A stretch of 64,000 nucleotides of DNA from NCBI GenBank assembly GCA_963794325.1, contig CAWCDG010000002.1, forward strand, positions 1-64,000, in the 5' to 3' direction. Within the stretch, counting starts at the first letter, position 1. Each line of letters begins with the position of its first letter. The notes under the pieces were generated by a model, which was not told where the DNA came from, ran no database searches, and saw only the letters and a list, made by a program, of their open reading frames with translations. This document shows, piece by piece, positions 50,377 through 63,271 of this stretch. This DNA comes from an uncultured delta proteobacterium. GTDB taxonomy: Bacteria > Desulfobacterota > Binatia > Binatales > Binataceae. The translations under genes were made by a program, and so were the position numbers.

Positions 50377-52854
50377 CTACGACAGGTTCGTCGTAACAGT
50401 CGTATCGTCTTCGTCCCCGGGCGTCATCGGCGGCACCTTCGGTTCCGGCTCGCGCAGGAACGCCAGGTCGCTGTCGCCCTTGCCCACCTTGAAGAAGTTG
50501 TCCGGGTCCGTCAGCACCAGCGCATGCTTCAGCACTTCATCCATATGCTCGATCTGGATCAGGCTGATGCCCTTCATTATCTGCGCCGGGATCTCCTCGA
50601 TGTCTTTCGCGTTATCTTTGGGTATGAGGATTACCTTGATCCCGCCGCGATGGGCCGCGAGCACCTTCTCTTTGAGTCCGCCAATCGGCAGGACGCGTCC
50701 GCGCAGCGTGATCTCACCGGTCATCGCAAGATCGTTGCGAATCGGTGAGCGCGTGAGCGCTGACACGAGGGCCGTCGCCAGCGTGATTCCCGCCGAGGGG
50801 CCATCCTTGGGAATCGCGCCTTCGGGAATATGAATGTGGATGTCGATGCGATGATAGAAGCCGCGATCGAGTCCCAGCACCTCGGCTCGCGAACGCACGT
50901 AGGAGAGCGCGGCTTGCGCCGATTCCTGCATCACGTCGCCGAGCTGACCGGTAATCGTCAACTTGCCGCGTCCCGGAACGATCGTCACTTCGACGCTTAA
51001 AAGCTCGCCGCCAAGCTCGGTCCACGCAAGGCCCGTCGCCACTCCGACCTGCGGCACCGTTTCTGCCGTGCCGTAGCGGAACTTCGGCACGCCGAGGTAC
51101 TTGCTCAGACTCGAGCTGGAAACTTTGGTGTGCGCATTGCGATCGGTCTTGACGACTTCAACCGCGACCTTGCGGCAGATCGACGCGAGCTCGCGCTCGA
51201 GATTTCTGACGCCGGCTTCGCGGGTGTAGTGGCGGATGATGCCCTGGATTGCGCCGTCGGAAACTTCGATGTTCTCCGGACGCAGCCCGTTGGCCTCCTG
51301 CTGCTTCTTGAGCAGGTACTTCTTCGCGATATTGAGCTTCTCGGTTTCCGTGTAGCCGGGAATCCGGATGACTTCCATCCTGTCCTGCAGCGGCCGCGGG
51401 ATCCGGTCGAGCGTATTTGCCGTCGTGATGAACATCACTTTCGACAAATCGTAGTCGCAGTCGAGATAGTGATCGTTGAAGGTACAGTTCTGCTCAGGAT
51501 CGAGAACTTCGAGCAGCGCCGACGACGGATCGCCGCGGAAGTCGGTGGACATTTTGTCCACTTCGTCGAACAGCAGCACGGGGTTGGACGATCCGGCCTT
51601 GCGCACCGACTGGATCACCTTGCCCGGCAGCGCGCCGATGTAAGTCCGGCGATGCCCGCGGATTTCCGCTTCGTCGCGCACGCCGCCGAGCGACACGCGC
51701 ACGAATTTGCGGCCGGTCGCACGCGCGACCGACTTGCCGAGCGACGTCTTGCCGACGCCCGGAGGTCCGACCAGGCACAGGATCGGCCCCTTCATCTGGC
51801 CGACCAGAGTCTCGACCGCAAGGTATTCCAGGATGCGCTGTTTGACCTTGTCCAGACCGTAATGGTCTTCCTCGAGAATGCGCTCAGCTTCCTTGATGTC
51901 GAGCTTGTCCTCGGTGTATTCGAACCACGGCAGCGCCAGGAACCAGTCGAGGTAGTTGCGCACGACGGTGGCCTCGGCCGACATCGGCGACATCATCTTG
52001 AGCTTCTTGATCTCGCGCTCGCATTTCTCGCGAGCCTCGGCGGGCATCTTCTTCTGGCGCAGCTTCTCTTCCAACTCCTGAATCTCGTTCTTGAATTCGT
52101 CCTTCTCGCCGAGCTCCTTCTGAATCGCGCGCATCTGCTCGTTGAGGTAGTACTCCTTGGACGTTTTCTCCATCTGCTTCTTGACGCGCGAGCGGATGCG
52201 CTTCTCGACCTCGAGGATTTCCAGCTCCGAGCGCATGTAGCCGAGAATCTTCTCGAGCCGCTCGGCCGGGTTGGTCGATTCGAGCAACGCCTGCTTGTCT
52301 TCGAGCTTGATGCCGAGATGTCCGACCAGCTTGTCGGCCAGGAACGCGGGATCGTCGACCGCCGCGATCGAGGTCACCATCTCGGGTGGAATTTTCTTAT
52401 TGAGGCGCGCGTAGTTGTCGAAGGTCGTGACGACCGAGCGCATCAACGCCTCCACTTCAGTAGAGCGGTCGTTGAGCTCTTCGATCTCCTCGGCTTCGAC
52501 CTGGAAATATTCCTCGTCGGCGACATAACGGATCACGCGCGCGCGCTTCTTGCCCTCGACCAGCGCCTTGACGGTGCCGTCGGGCAAGCGCAGCAACTGC
52601 ACGACCACGCCGAGCGTGCCGACCGTGTACAGGTCGCCGGGCGCGGGCTCGGCCACCTTGGGATCCTTCTGGGTCACCAGCAGGATCGGCGTCTTCTTCG
52701 CCTCAGCGGCTTCCAGAGCCTTAATCGACTTCTGGCGTCCGACGAAGATCGGATAGACTTCGTGTGGGAATACGATCAATTCGCGCAACGGGAACAATGG
52801 GACCACGTTCGACGTTGCATCGCGGTTATCTTTTTTATCGTTACGGAAAAGCAT
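50377..52854 (-). CDS. lon: Lon protease
   Basis: [35 protein letters not shown]. Confidence 0.98.
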   Translation of the reverse strand: MLFRNDKKDNRDATSNVVPLFPLRELIVFPHEVYPIFVGRQKSIKALEAAEAKKTPILLVTQKDPKVAEPAPGDLYTVGTLGVVVQLLRLPDGTVKALVEGKKRARVIRYVADEEYFQVEAEEIEELNDRSTEVEALMRSVVTTFDNYARLNKKIPPEMVTSIAAVDDPAFLADKLVGHLGIKLEDKQALLESTNPAERLEKILGYMRSELEILEVEKRIRSRVKKQMEKTSKEYYLNEQMRAIQKELGEKDEFKNEIQELEEKLRQKKMPAEAREKCEREIKKLKMMSPMSAEATVVRNYLDWFLALPWFEYTEDKLDIKEAERILEEDHYGLDKVKQRILEYLAVETLVGQMKGPILCLVGPPGVGKTSLGKSVARATGRKFVRVSLGGVRDEAEIRGHRRTYIGALPGKVIQSVRKAGSSNPVLLFDEVDKMSTDFRGDPSSALLEVLDPEQNCTFNDHYLDCDYDLSKVMFITTANTLDRIPRPLQDRMEVIRIPGYTETEKLNIAKKYLLKKQQEANGLRPENIEVSDGAIQGIIRHYTREAGVRNLERELASICRKVAVEVVKTDRNAHTKVSSSSLSKYLGVPKFRYGTAETVPQVGVATGLAWTELGGELLSVEVTIVPGRGKLTITGQLGDVMQESAQAALSYVRSRAEVLGLDRGFYHRIDIHIHIPEGAIPKDGPSAGITLATALVSALTRSPIRNDLAMTGEITLRGRVLPIGGLKEKVLAAHRGGIKVILIPKDNAKDIEEIPAQIMKGISLIQIEHMDEVLKHALVLTDPDNFFKVGKGDSDLAFLREPEPKVPPMTPGDEDDTTVTTNLS

Positions 52855-52877
52855 CTACTTCTAAGAATCTCCCCGAG

Positions 52878-54128
<1,251 letters not shown>

Positions 54129-54143
54129 TACTGCCTCCGCGGC

Positions 54144-54740
54144 TCACTTGGACGGCCTTCGGCTAACGATTACCTCATCAATCAGCCCGTATTCAACCGC
54201 TTGATTCGGCGACATGAAGTAGTCGCGATCGGTATCTTTTTCGATCTTACGCAGGTTCTGTCCGGTATGCTTCATTATGATGTTGTTGATTTCCTCTCGC
54301 GCGTGCAAAATTTCCTTCGCGTGAATCTCGAGGTCGCTCGCCTGACCCTGCATGCCCCCCAGCGGCTGATGGAGGATGATCCGCGAATGGGGCAGCGCGT
54401 AACGCCTGCCTTTCGCACCCGCCAAGAGCATGATCGCGGCCATGCTCGCCGCCTGCCCGAGGCACAGCGTCGAGACCGGCGGCCGTATGAACTCCATTGT
54501 ATCGTAAATCGCCATCCCAGCCGTCACCGATCCGCCGGGGGAATTGATATAGAAGTTGATTTCTTTTTCGGGATCTTCGGATTCAAGGAACAGGAATTGC
54601 GCCGTCACCAGGTTGGCGACGTCGTCATTGATTTCGGTGCCGAGAAAGACGATGCGGTCCTTGAGCAGGCGAGAATAGATGTCATAAGCCCGCTCCCCGC
54701 GCCCAGTCTGTTCGACCACCATCGGTACCAGGTTGCTCAT
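54144..54740 (-). CDS. clpP: ClpP protease
   Basis: [26 protein letters not shown]. Confidence 0.98.
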   Translation of the reverse strand: MSNLVPMVVEQTGRGERAYDIYSRLLKDRIVFLGTEINDDVANLVTAQFLFLESEDPEKEINFYINSPGGSVTAGMAIYDTMEFIRPPVSTLCLGQAASMAAIMLLAGAKGRRYALPHSRIILHQPLGGMQGQASDLEIHAKEILHAREEINNIIMKHTGQNLRKIEKDTDRDYFMSPNQAVEYGLIDEVIVSRRPSK

Positions 54741-54866
54741 ACCTCCGACCCGCGCCACAGCCCGGTTCCGACGACGATTGAGAGAAGGCCGCTGACGCCT
54801 TCAAATTGTAACCACTCGGAAATGGGGGAGCAACCGTGATCGCGGCAGGACGGAGCATCAATGATG

Positions 54867-55291
54867 CTACTTCTGCTCAGATGAACTCTCTTCACCCGTC
54901 TCCGCCGGTGAATCTTCACGCTAGGCGCCGCTCAAAATAAAATCGAGCGATTTGGGATTCGGGCAACCATACTCAAGAATGGCACGAAAAAAGAGGACAC
55001 AAGAAATCGACGTTGCTCAGTTGTCGCTTGAATCCAGAACCCTCACCGCCGACGGCTGCGCCCGCCGGCCGCCTCTCCCGTAAAGTAACGGGCGAGGTAA
55101 GATTCGCTGCGCTCAATTCCTTCACAGACGCTCGGGCTGCTGAGTAAAAATACTCAACGTATTGAGCAAAACGTACGAACCATTTCTGCGAGTCTCAAGG
55201 AATCGAAACTACTTCTGCTCAGATGAACTCTCTTCACCCGGCTCCGCCGGTGAATCTTCACGCTTGGCGCGGCTCAAAATAAAATCGAGCG
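54867..55291 (-). repeat. 83-bp direct duplication of the tig 3' end (54867-54949 and 55209-55291)
   Basis: 80/83 nt identical by hand, including the stop codon; 259-bp spacer. Confidence 0.95.
55039..55099 (-). repeat. REP-like element (family 2) inside the tig duplication spacer
   Basis: Reverse complement resembles 9867-9927. Confidence 0.8.
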
Positions 55292-56534
55292 CTTTCTCGC
55301 GGCGCATCGATTGGCGCAGTGCGTCGCGATTTTCTTCCTTACGATAGAACTCGGCAGCGCGATCGCGATTGCGAGCGGCCTGCGTGACGATTGCCGCCAC
55401 CCGTTCGCCCAGCTCCTCGTCATTGATCTCGATTTTTTCCTGCTCCGCGAGTGCATCGACGATCAGCGCCGTGCGAGCCCGCTTCTCGGCCCGCGACTTC
55501 AGGTCGTCGGCATTCTGCTTGACGCGCTCGGTCGCCTCTTCATGCGACAGACCGCCTGATTCGAACGTCTGATGCAGCTCGGCTTCCATCGCGGCCAGCT
55601 CGCGCGCGACCAGCGACTCAGGCAGCTCGACCGGGTTGCGCTCGATCACGAGATCGAGCAGCCCCTGGCGCACGCGCGCGTCGGCTTCCTGCTTTGCATG
55701 CGCGAGCAGCTCGCTGCGGACGCGAGTGCGGAACGCCTCGAGATTCTCGTCGCCGAGGTCTTTCGCAAAATCGTCATCGACGGTCGGCAATTCGCGCTTG
55801 TAGATTTCCTTGGGCGTCGCGCGCCATTCGACGCTCTTGCCCGCCAGTTCCTTCTGGCTGTAGTCGTCGGGGTAGGTCTTCGAGGACTTCATCTCTTTGC
55901 CGATCTCGGCGCCGATTAGGGCCTCGTGAACGCCGTGCGCGAGCGCGCGGTCGGAGACCTCGACGAGACGATCCTCCGGCTTGGTCTTGGACATTGGCTT
56001 GCCGTCTTCGAACGCCTCGATCGAAGCGAGTGCGTAGTCGCCTTCCTCGACGATCGTGCGATCCTCGACTTTCTTGAGCGTCGCCTGCCGCAAGCGAAAG
56101 CGCTCGATCGCCTCTTCAACTTCGGCGTCGGTAACCTCGACGTTGGACTCGGGCACCTTGAGGCCCTCGTAATCCTTGACTTCGATGGTCGGGCGCAGGT
56201 CGAAGGTCGCGCTGAACTTGAGCGCGAGGTCTTTTTGCAGGTCGGTCTGTTCGGTGACGATTTCGGGCGCGACGACGGGTTTGAGGTCGTGCTCCTCGAG
56301 CGCCTTTTTGGTGTATTCCTCGACGAGCTTCTGAACTACCTCGCCGCGGACCTGTTCGCCGAAAAATCGTTCGAGCAGATTGCGCGGCGCATGACCGGGG
56401 CGAAAGCCCTTGAGCACGACGCCGCGTTTGAGTTCGTTGTAAGCGCGATCCAGCTCATGCTTGATTTCGTCGGGCTCGACTTCAATCGTAACCTTGCGCC
56501 GGAGACTGTTGGGTTCTTCGATATTTACATTCAT
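55209..56534 (-). CDS. tig: Trigger factor
   Basis: GFRPGHAP ribosome-binding signature, PDDY..ELAGK, DDDFAK; upstream of clpP. Confidence 0.96.
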   Translation of the reverse strand: MNVNIEEPNSLRRKVTIEVEPDEIKHELDRAYNELKRGVVLKGFRPGHAPRNLLERFFGEQVRGEVVQKLVEEYTKKALEEHDLKPVVAPEIVTEQTDLQKDLALKFSATFDLRPTIEVKDYEGLKVPESNVEVTDAEVEEAIERFRLRQATLKKVEDRTIVEEGDYALASIEAFEDGKPMSKTKPEDRLVEVSDRALAHGVHEALIGAEIGKEMKSSKTYPDDYSQKELAGKSVEWRATPKEIYKRELPTVDDDFAKDLGDENLEAFRTRVRSELLAHAKQEADARVRQGLLDLVIERNPVELPESLVARELAAMEAELHQTFESGGLSHEEATERVKQNADDLKSRAEKRARTALIVDALAEQEKIEINDEELGERVAAIVTQAARNRDRAAEFYRKEENRDALRQSMRREKALDFILSRAKREDSPAEPGEESSSEQK

Positions 56535-56820
56535 GGGTGTTTGAATCTCTCACATAAACATACTGCGATTGCGGGAATCAACCGAGAGCGCGCGAAACAT
56601 CACGGATCCTTCTTGCCTCTCAGTCAGAGAGTGCTTTGCGTAACCTTCCGCGGAGGGTTCAAGCAGAAGCGGAATCTTGAATCGCGCGCGAAAAATGCGT
56701 GCTGGACAAGGTCCCTCTCCTTAAACCATCTCCAAATCCTCTCATTGGAATAGCAGCGCAGTATCTTGTATAAAACTTTTCTGAGCACGCCAGAATCGAA
56801 CTGGCCGGCGAGGGGAGCCA

Positions 56821-58938
56821 TTGGCTACCTTAAAACTGGACGACGCCGCGCGGCTGTCGAGCGAAATCTCGACGGTGCCTTCTCGCGTGCGCGATCTTCT
56901 TTTTGATTTTGATCGCAGGAACCTGGTGCGAATCGCAGGCGTCGCGATCGTCTATTTCGCTGCCGCGAAACTCGGCTTGCATTTCGCGTCTCTCACCGCA
57001 AACTCCTCGCCGGTATGGCCGCCGACCGGGATTGCGTTCGCAGCGTTGCTACTCCTGGGTTTTCAAAGCTGGCCAGGAATTTTTATCGGTGCCTTCCTCG
57101 TCAACCTGACTACTTCGGGCACCGTGTTTACGTCACTGGGCATTGCGACCGGCAACACGCTCGAAGCTGTCGCGGCAGTGTACCTGACGATGCGGTATGC
57201 GAACGGCCGCAAGCTATTCGAGCATGCCCGGGATTTTTTCAGGTTCGCCGGGCTGAGCATGCTCGCAGCTGCGATCAGCGCGACGGTCGGCGTTACAAGC
57301 CTCGCGCTTGGCGGATTCGCGCACTGGCACCAATTTGTACGAATCTGGTTGATCTGGTGGCTGGGCGATCTAGGCGGCTTTCTGGTGTTCGCGCCGTTTG
57401 CGATCCTGTGGTTCGAGCGGCCCACACTGATTGGCGATCGTCGCCGGCTGCGCGAATCCTCGGTGACACTCGCCGCGGTAGCGCTGTTCGGAATTCTGGT
57501 GTTCGGAGGCGCTGTTCCCGGGATCGAGAATTATCCGATCGGCTTTATCTGCATCCCGATACTGGTGTGGTCCGCGTTCAGGTTCGGCCAGCGCGAAGCC
57601 GCGACCTCGATTTTCATTCTCGCGGTTTCCGCCGACTGGGGGATGATGCGAGGCCACGGCCCGTGGGCGCGATTTGCCAATGAGATTTCGTCGTACATCA
57701 TGCCACAGGCGTTCATGATGACGATGGCCGTGATGACGATGACGCTGGCCGCGGTCGTCTGGGAGCGCAAACGCGCCGAACAGGATGCCAACGAGGCGCG
57801 CAATCAAGCCGTGGCCGCCAACCGGACTAAAGATCAGTTTCTCGCGATGCTCGGACATGAGTTGCGCAATCCGATTGCCGCGCTCTCCAGCGCAGTGCAT
57901 GTTCTCGAACACTCCGACGTACGATCGCCGCAAGCCACCGTGTTGCTGGAAATCATGGTGCGGCAAACCGGCCATCTGGCGCGAATGGTTGACGACCTGC
58001 TCGATGTCGAACAGCTCACCGCGGGCCGGATCACGCTTGACCGCCGGCCGATGAATCTTGGTGAATGCGCCCGCCATTGCGTTACCGCGATGCGCGTGCG
58101 CGACGAATTTATCGAACGCAATATCGAGATGCGGCTCGACGACGTCTGGATTCACGGCGATCCCGATCGCGTCGCTCAGATTCTGACCAACCTGCTCTCC
58201 AATGCATGCAAACACACACCCCCGCAGGGCAAAATTGTTGTCGGCACCCGATCTGAAAACGATCGAGCCGTAATTCGCGTCGAAGATGACGGCGAGGGAA
58301 TCCCGGCCAAGCTGCTACCGCATGTGTTCGATCTCTTCGTGCAGGGCGATCGGCCATCCGACCGGCATCCCGGAGGTTTGGGAATCGGGCTGAGTCTCGT
58401 CCGACGGCTGGCGGAGCTACACGGCGGAACCGTCGAGGTGCAAAGCAAGGGACGCGGGCAGGGCAGCGCGTTCACGGTAATACTTCCGCGAGTCGAGGCG
58501 GTCCCGGAAAAAGTCGCGAGCCGGATCGCCCCGGTGCGTACCGAGGTGAGTCGGCGGATTCTGATCGTCGAGGACAATATCGACGCGAGGGAGGCGCTGC
58601 GCGAGGCGCTCGAGATGGCGGGGCATCAGATCTTTGAAGCCGGCTCAGGAGCGAGCGGAGTCGAATCCGCGCTGGCAAATCGCCCCGACGTCGCGCTCAT
58701 CGATATCGGCTTGCCCGGGTTCGACGGCTACGAAGTTGCTCGACAGATCCGTTCAGCGTCGGAGGTTCGCGGGATGACGCTGATCGCGCTGACCGGTTAT
58801 GGCTTGCCTGAGGATCGAACAAAAGCTGAGCAAGCCGGCTTCGATGCGCACGTCGTGAAGCCGCTCGACTTCGACGAACTGACCAGCTTGCTGACCGCTC
58901 ACGATGGAACCGTCGTCGGCAAGTCTGCCGCGCACTAG
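56821..58938 (+). CDS. MASE1-domain hybrid histidine kinase with receiver domain
   Basis: SPVWPPTG, WWLGD MASE1 motifs; HELRNP, NLLSNA, GLGIGL; IVEDN, DIGLPGFDG. Confidence 0.93.
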   Translation: MATLKLDDAARLSSEISTVPSRVRDLLFDFDRRNLVRIAGVAIVYFAAAKLGLHFASLTANSSPVWPPTGIAFAALLLLGFQSWPGIFIGAFLVNLTTSGTVFTSLGIATGNTLEAVAAVYLTMRYANGRKLFEHARDFFRFAGLSMLAAAISATVGVTSLALGGFAHWHQFVRIWLIWWLGDLGGFLVFAPFAILWFERPTLIGDRRRLRESSVTLAAVALFGILVFGGAVPGIENYPIGFICIPILVWSAFRFGQREAATSIFILAVSADWGMMRGHGPWARFANEISSYIMPQAFMMTMAVMTMTLAAVVWERKRAEQDANEARNQAVAANRTKDQFLAMLGHELRNPIAALSSAVHVLEHSDVRSPQATVLLEIMVRQTGHLARMVDDLLDVEQLTAGRITLDRRPMNLGECARHCVTAMRVRDEFIERNIEMRLDDVWIHGDPDRVAQILTNLLSNACKHTPPQGKIVVGTRSENDRAVIRVEDDGEGIPAKLLPHVFDLFVQGDRPSDRHPGGLGIGLSLVRRLAELHGGTVEVQSKGRGQGSAFTVILPRVEAVPEKVASRIAPVRTEVSRRILIVEDNIDAREALREALEMAGHQIFEAGSGASGVESALANRPDVALIDIGLPGFDGYEVARQIRSASEVRGMTLIALTGYGLPEDRTKAEQAGFDAHVVKPLDFDELTSLLTAHDGTVVGKSAAH

Positions 58939-58951
58939 AACGCAGACTGTC

Positions 58952-59191
58952 TCAGATTTCGTCGCGGATGATCCTGGTCGCGATCACCAGCGCGGTGGCG
59001 CCTGACGTGCTCATCAGGATTGCGCCGATGAAATTGTGCGCGCGCACTCCCAAAACTTCGAAGATCATCCCGCCGATCACTCCGCCAAGCAGACCGAGGC
59101 CGATGTCGGCCATCATGCCGTAGCCGTTGCCGTTGAGAATTTTTCCCGCCAGCCATCCCGAGATAAGTCCGATTAGAATCCATGCGAACAT
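58952..59191 (-). CDS. GlsB/YeaQ/YmgE (transglycosylase-associated) small membrane protein
   Basis: WILIGLISGWLA..G.G...DIGLGLLGGVIGG. Confidence 0.88.
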   Translation of the reverse strand: MFAWILIGLISGWLAGKILNGNGYGMMADIGLGLLGGVIGGMIFEVLGVRAHNFIGAILMSTSGATALVIATRIIRDEI

Positions 59192-59395
59192 GATTCGCCT
59201 GCCTCCCTGTTTTGTTGGGTTTTCGTTGTTCGTTGGTCAACAGAGCAAGAGCGTTGCCATCGCGGATTGACGCAGATTTGCAGGGAACGGCTCGGAATCC
59301 GGCGTGGCTGATGCCGTCTTTCGACTGCGCTGCACGGTTGCGCCTGCGGTTCGGGTTGCGGGAGCAGCAGGTTTAGCTGACACTTGTCGGCGCTG

Positions 59396-60427
59396 ATGAG
59401 TAGTCGTGGAAAATTGCGCGGAGCGATTTCCGGATTTGGCGAGGTTGCGGCTCGGGCACATCTTGCGGGATGGCGTACGCGCGAGAATATCGCAATCGGC
59501 GCGATTCATGATCCAATCTCCGAGCGCCGGCATGAGGCGATTCGTCTTATCAAAAATGTACGCGTGTATGACGACCTCGAGCTGATGCTCGACGGCGAGG
59601 CAGTGGATTTTGTCGATGTCGCGAGTCCTCCGGGGTTGCATCATCGGGCTGCGCGCGCGGCCCTTTCCGCAGGGGCGCATGTGTTGGTCGAGAAGCCGCT
59701 GGCCCTGACGCTGGCCGAGTTCGACGAGCTCGCCGCGCTGGCGGCGGAGAAGCATCGCGTGCTGATGTGCGTGCATAATTGGAAATACGCGCCTGCTTAC
59801 GCCGTCGCGCGCACGGCGATCGAGGCGGGGAGGCTCGGCGCGATTAGATTCATCTCGATCGATCGGCTCAGGACTGAGCCGGCCGGTGCCGGTGGCAGCG
59901 GCGGGAAATGGCGCGCGTCAGCGGCATCCGGCGGCGGAATTCTGATCGATCACGGATGGCACGTCTTCTACCTGATGCATTGGCTGATGGGCGGCGACCG
60001 GCCAGTGTCGGTCTCGGCGCGGCTCGAATCGCCGGCGGGCATCGACGTTGACGACCTTGCCGACGTGCGCATCAGATTCGGCAGCGGAGCATTGTCGCGG
60101 GCGCATCTCTCGTGGCGCGCGCCGGTGCGCAGAACGTCGGCGCTCATATATGGAGAGCGCGCGAGTCTCGAAATCGAAAACGATCGCGTGATGCTCACCG
60201 ATCGAGCAGGGAAGGTCGAGGACCTCTCAATTGCCGACATGGCCGACGACTCGTACCATTCGGCGTGGTTCGCCGGAGTAGCTGACGAGTTCGAGCAGGC
60301 GGTCACCGAAGGAACCAATTCGGCCATCGCAAGTACCAATCTGAGGCAGGCGCGTGTTGCACTGATGCTAATTGGCAGCGCAAGGAAATCGTCCGTCAAC
60401 AACGGCGTCGAGATAGATCTCCCATAA
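59396..60427 (+). CDS. Gfo/Idh/MocA family oxidoreductase
   Basis: GFGEVA, HVLVEKP, GGGILIDHGWH. Confidence 0.92.
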   Translation: MSSRGKLRGAISGFGEVAARAHLAGWRTRENIAIGAIHDPISERRHEAIRLIKNVRVYDDLELMLDGEAVDFVDVASPPGLHHRAARAALSAGAHVLVEKPLALTLAEFDELAALAAEKHRVLMCVHNWKYAPAYAVARTAIEAGRLGAIRFISIDRLRTEPAGAGGSGGKWRASAASGGGILIDHGWHVFYLMHWLMGGDRPVSVSARLESPAGIDVDDLADVRIRFGSGALSRAHLSWRAPVRRTSALIYGERASLEIENDRVMLTDRAGKVEDLSIADMADDSYHSAWFAGVADEFEQAVTEGTNSAIASTNLRQARVALMLIGSARKSSVNNGVEIDLP

Positions 60428-60664
60428 AATCAAATAGTTAGGGCCGAACTGCGCGCACGAACCGTTTTGGCTCCTACTGACCGACTGACCGCTCGGACTG
60501 TTGCTCTTGAACTATCGGGATTGTGACGGTAAAGTTTCGATTGACCGAAAGGTTAGCCGCAGTTTTGAGACGCGCAGATGACGGCGGCTCGAATTAACAG
60601 GTATTGGACGGATTTTGTGAGTTCGGGCGACGACAGGAGTAGGGCGAGGGGTCAGAGCCGCGAT

Positions 60665-61324
60665 ATGGGTGTGTCGCAAATCAAAGTTGGCGTCAGCGAG
60701 ACGCGCACCGCGTCGCAGGACTCGCGCGACGAGATCCTCAAGGCTGCGATGCGGCTTTTCGCCAGCCGCGGGTTCCATGAAACCTCGATGTCAGAAGTGG
60801 CGCGCGAGGCGCACGTCAGCAAGGCTCTGATTTTCTGGCATTTCAAGACCAAGGAAGAGCTGTTCGTCGCGGTGCTGAACCGCCTGCTCGAGCCGTACTT
60901 TATCGACTTCGCCGAAGAGGCGGCGGCGATGGACGAGCGCGCTCAGATTTTGAAGCTGGTCGAGTCGTACTTGTCTTTCGTGCGCGACAATGCGAGCTCG
61001 GTGCGGTTTTTCCTGGCGCAGATGCTTCACGACCAGAAGCTGTCGGAGAGCCTCAGCGACCAGGTGCTGCAGCTCTACAGCGGGTATCGCGCGATGCTGA
61101 TCGAACTGATTGCGGCGGCGCAGCAGAAGCACATCTGCGCACGGCGGACGTCGCCGGAATCGGCGGCGGCATTCCTGCTGTCAGCTCTGAACGGATTGAT
61201 GGTCGAATATTTGTTTATGGGGGCAAACGCGATCGACCCCGAAGGGGCGGTGGCGATGGTGGGTGAGTGGTTGTTCGGTCCATCGGGGACATCTTCATCG
61301 GAGGGCGGCGCACCGTCCTCCTAA
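60665..61324 (+). CDS. TetR family regulator upstream of hpnH
   Basis: ILKAAMRLFASRGFHETSMSEVAREAHVSKALIFWHFKTKEEL; start uncertain. Confidence 0.93.
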   Translation: MGVSQIKVGVSETRTASQDSRDEILKAAMRLFASRGFHETSMSEVAREAHVSKALIFWHFKTKEELFVAVLNRLLEPYFIDFAEEAAAMDERAQILKLVESYLSFVRDNASSVRFFLAQMLHDQKLSESLSDQVLQLYSGYRAMLIELIAAAQQKHICARRTSPESAAAFLLSALNGLMVEYLFMGANAIDPEGAVAMVGEWLFGPSGTSSSEGGAPSS

Positions 61325-61356
61325 ACTGTTTTTCTTCAACCTGTTCCAGGAGCGTT

Positions 61357-62361
61357 ATGCGTATTCCCTTGAGACAAATGATCGATCTTGGCCGCTACAT
61401 GCGCGCGAAGAAAAAATCAGGTGACAAATATTTTCCATTGGTGCTGATGCTCGAGCCGCTGCATGCGTGCAACCTCGCCTGTATCGGATGCGGCCGAATC
61501 GTCGAGTACAAGGACACCATCCGCGATATGATGCCGCTCGACGAGGCCCTGCGTTCGGCTGAAGAGGCCGGTGCGCCAATCGTGTCGATCTGCGGCGGCG
61601 AGCCGCTGATGTACAAGCATATCGCGGCGCTCACGCGCGGGCTGATCGAGGATCAGAAGCGTCACGTAATGATCTGCACCAACGCGATCCTGCTCGAGCG
61701 ATTCGTCAAGCAGGTGCCGCCGAGCCCGTATCTCAGCTTCAACCTGCACCTCGACGGGATGCGCGAGACCAACGATCGCGTGACCGACCGGGTGGGGCAT
61801 TTCGACATCGTCGTGAAGATGATCAAGATGCTGAAGGAGAAGGGCTACCGCGTGCAGACCAACACGACGGTATTTCGCGAGACCACCGGCCAGGAGCTCG
61901 AGGATATGGTCAAGTACCTGACCAGCCTCGGGGTTGACGGGATGCTGCTCAGTCCCGGCTATCACTACCAGGTGTTGCAGAACGACGAAGAGTATCTCCG
62001 CAAAGAGGAGATGCCCGCGAAGTTTTTCAAAGTTCGCGACATGGCTAACGACTACAAGATTATCAATACGCCGATTTACCTCGACTACCTGGTCGGCAAA
62101 CGCGACATGCAGTGCAGTCCGTGGACCACGGTCACGCGCAATCCGCAAGGATGGAAGGGGCCGTGCTACCTGATCACGAACGGACACTACAAGACGTTCG
62201 AAGATATGCATGCGGCGACCGATTGGGAGTACTACCGGACCAAGCAGGACTTCCGCTGCCGCGACTGCAAGCTGCATTCAGGATTCGAGGGGACCGTGGC
62301 GCTCGAGTTCGGCAAGAACCTGAAAGACTCGTGGCGCATGGTGCGGCATTACGTCGCGTAA
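61357..62361 (+). CDS. hpnH: Adenosylhopane synthase, radical SAM
   Basis: FPLVLMLEPLHACNLACIGCG, GGEPL, CTNA, CSPW..GWKGPCYL, CRDCKLHSGFE. Confidence 0.93.
   Translation: MRIPLRQMIDLGRYMRAKKKSGDKYFPLVLMLEPLHACNLACIGCGRIVEYKDTIRDMMPLDEALRSAEEAGAPIVSICGGEPLMYKHIAALTRGLIEDQKRHVMICTNAILLERFVKQVPPSPYLSFNLHLDGMRETNDRVTDRVGHFDIVVKMIKMLKEKGYRVQTNTTVFRETTGQELEDMVKYLTSLGVDGMLLSPGYHYQVLQNDEEYLRKEEMPAKFFKVRDMANDYKIINTPIYLDYLVGKRDMQCSPWTTVTRNPQGWKGPCYLITNGHYKTFEDMHAATDWEYYRTKQDFRCRDCKLHSGFEGTVALEFGKNLKDSWRMVRHYVA

Positions 62362-63267
<906 letters not shown>

Positions 63268-63271
<4 letters not shown>

Noticed and set aside
60427-60441. AAATCAAATAGTTAG, similar to the motif beside the att copy at 40828-40842
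   Set aside because: No tRNA fragment, repeat or mobile gene nearby; a short AT-rich match can be chance.
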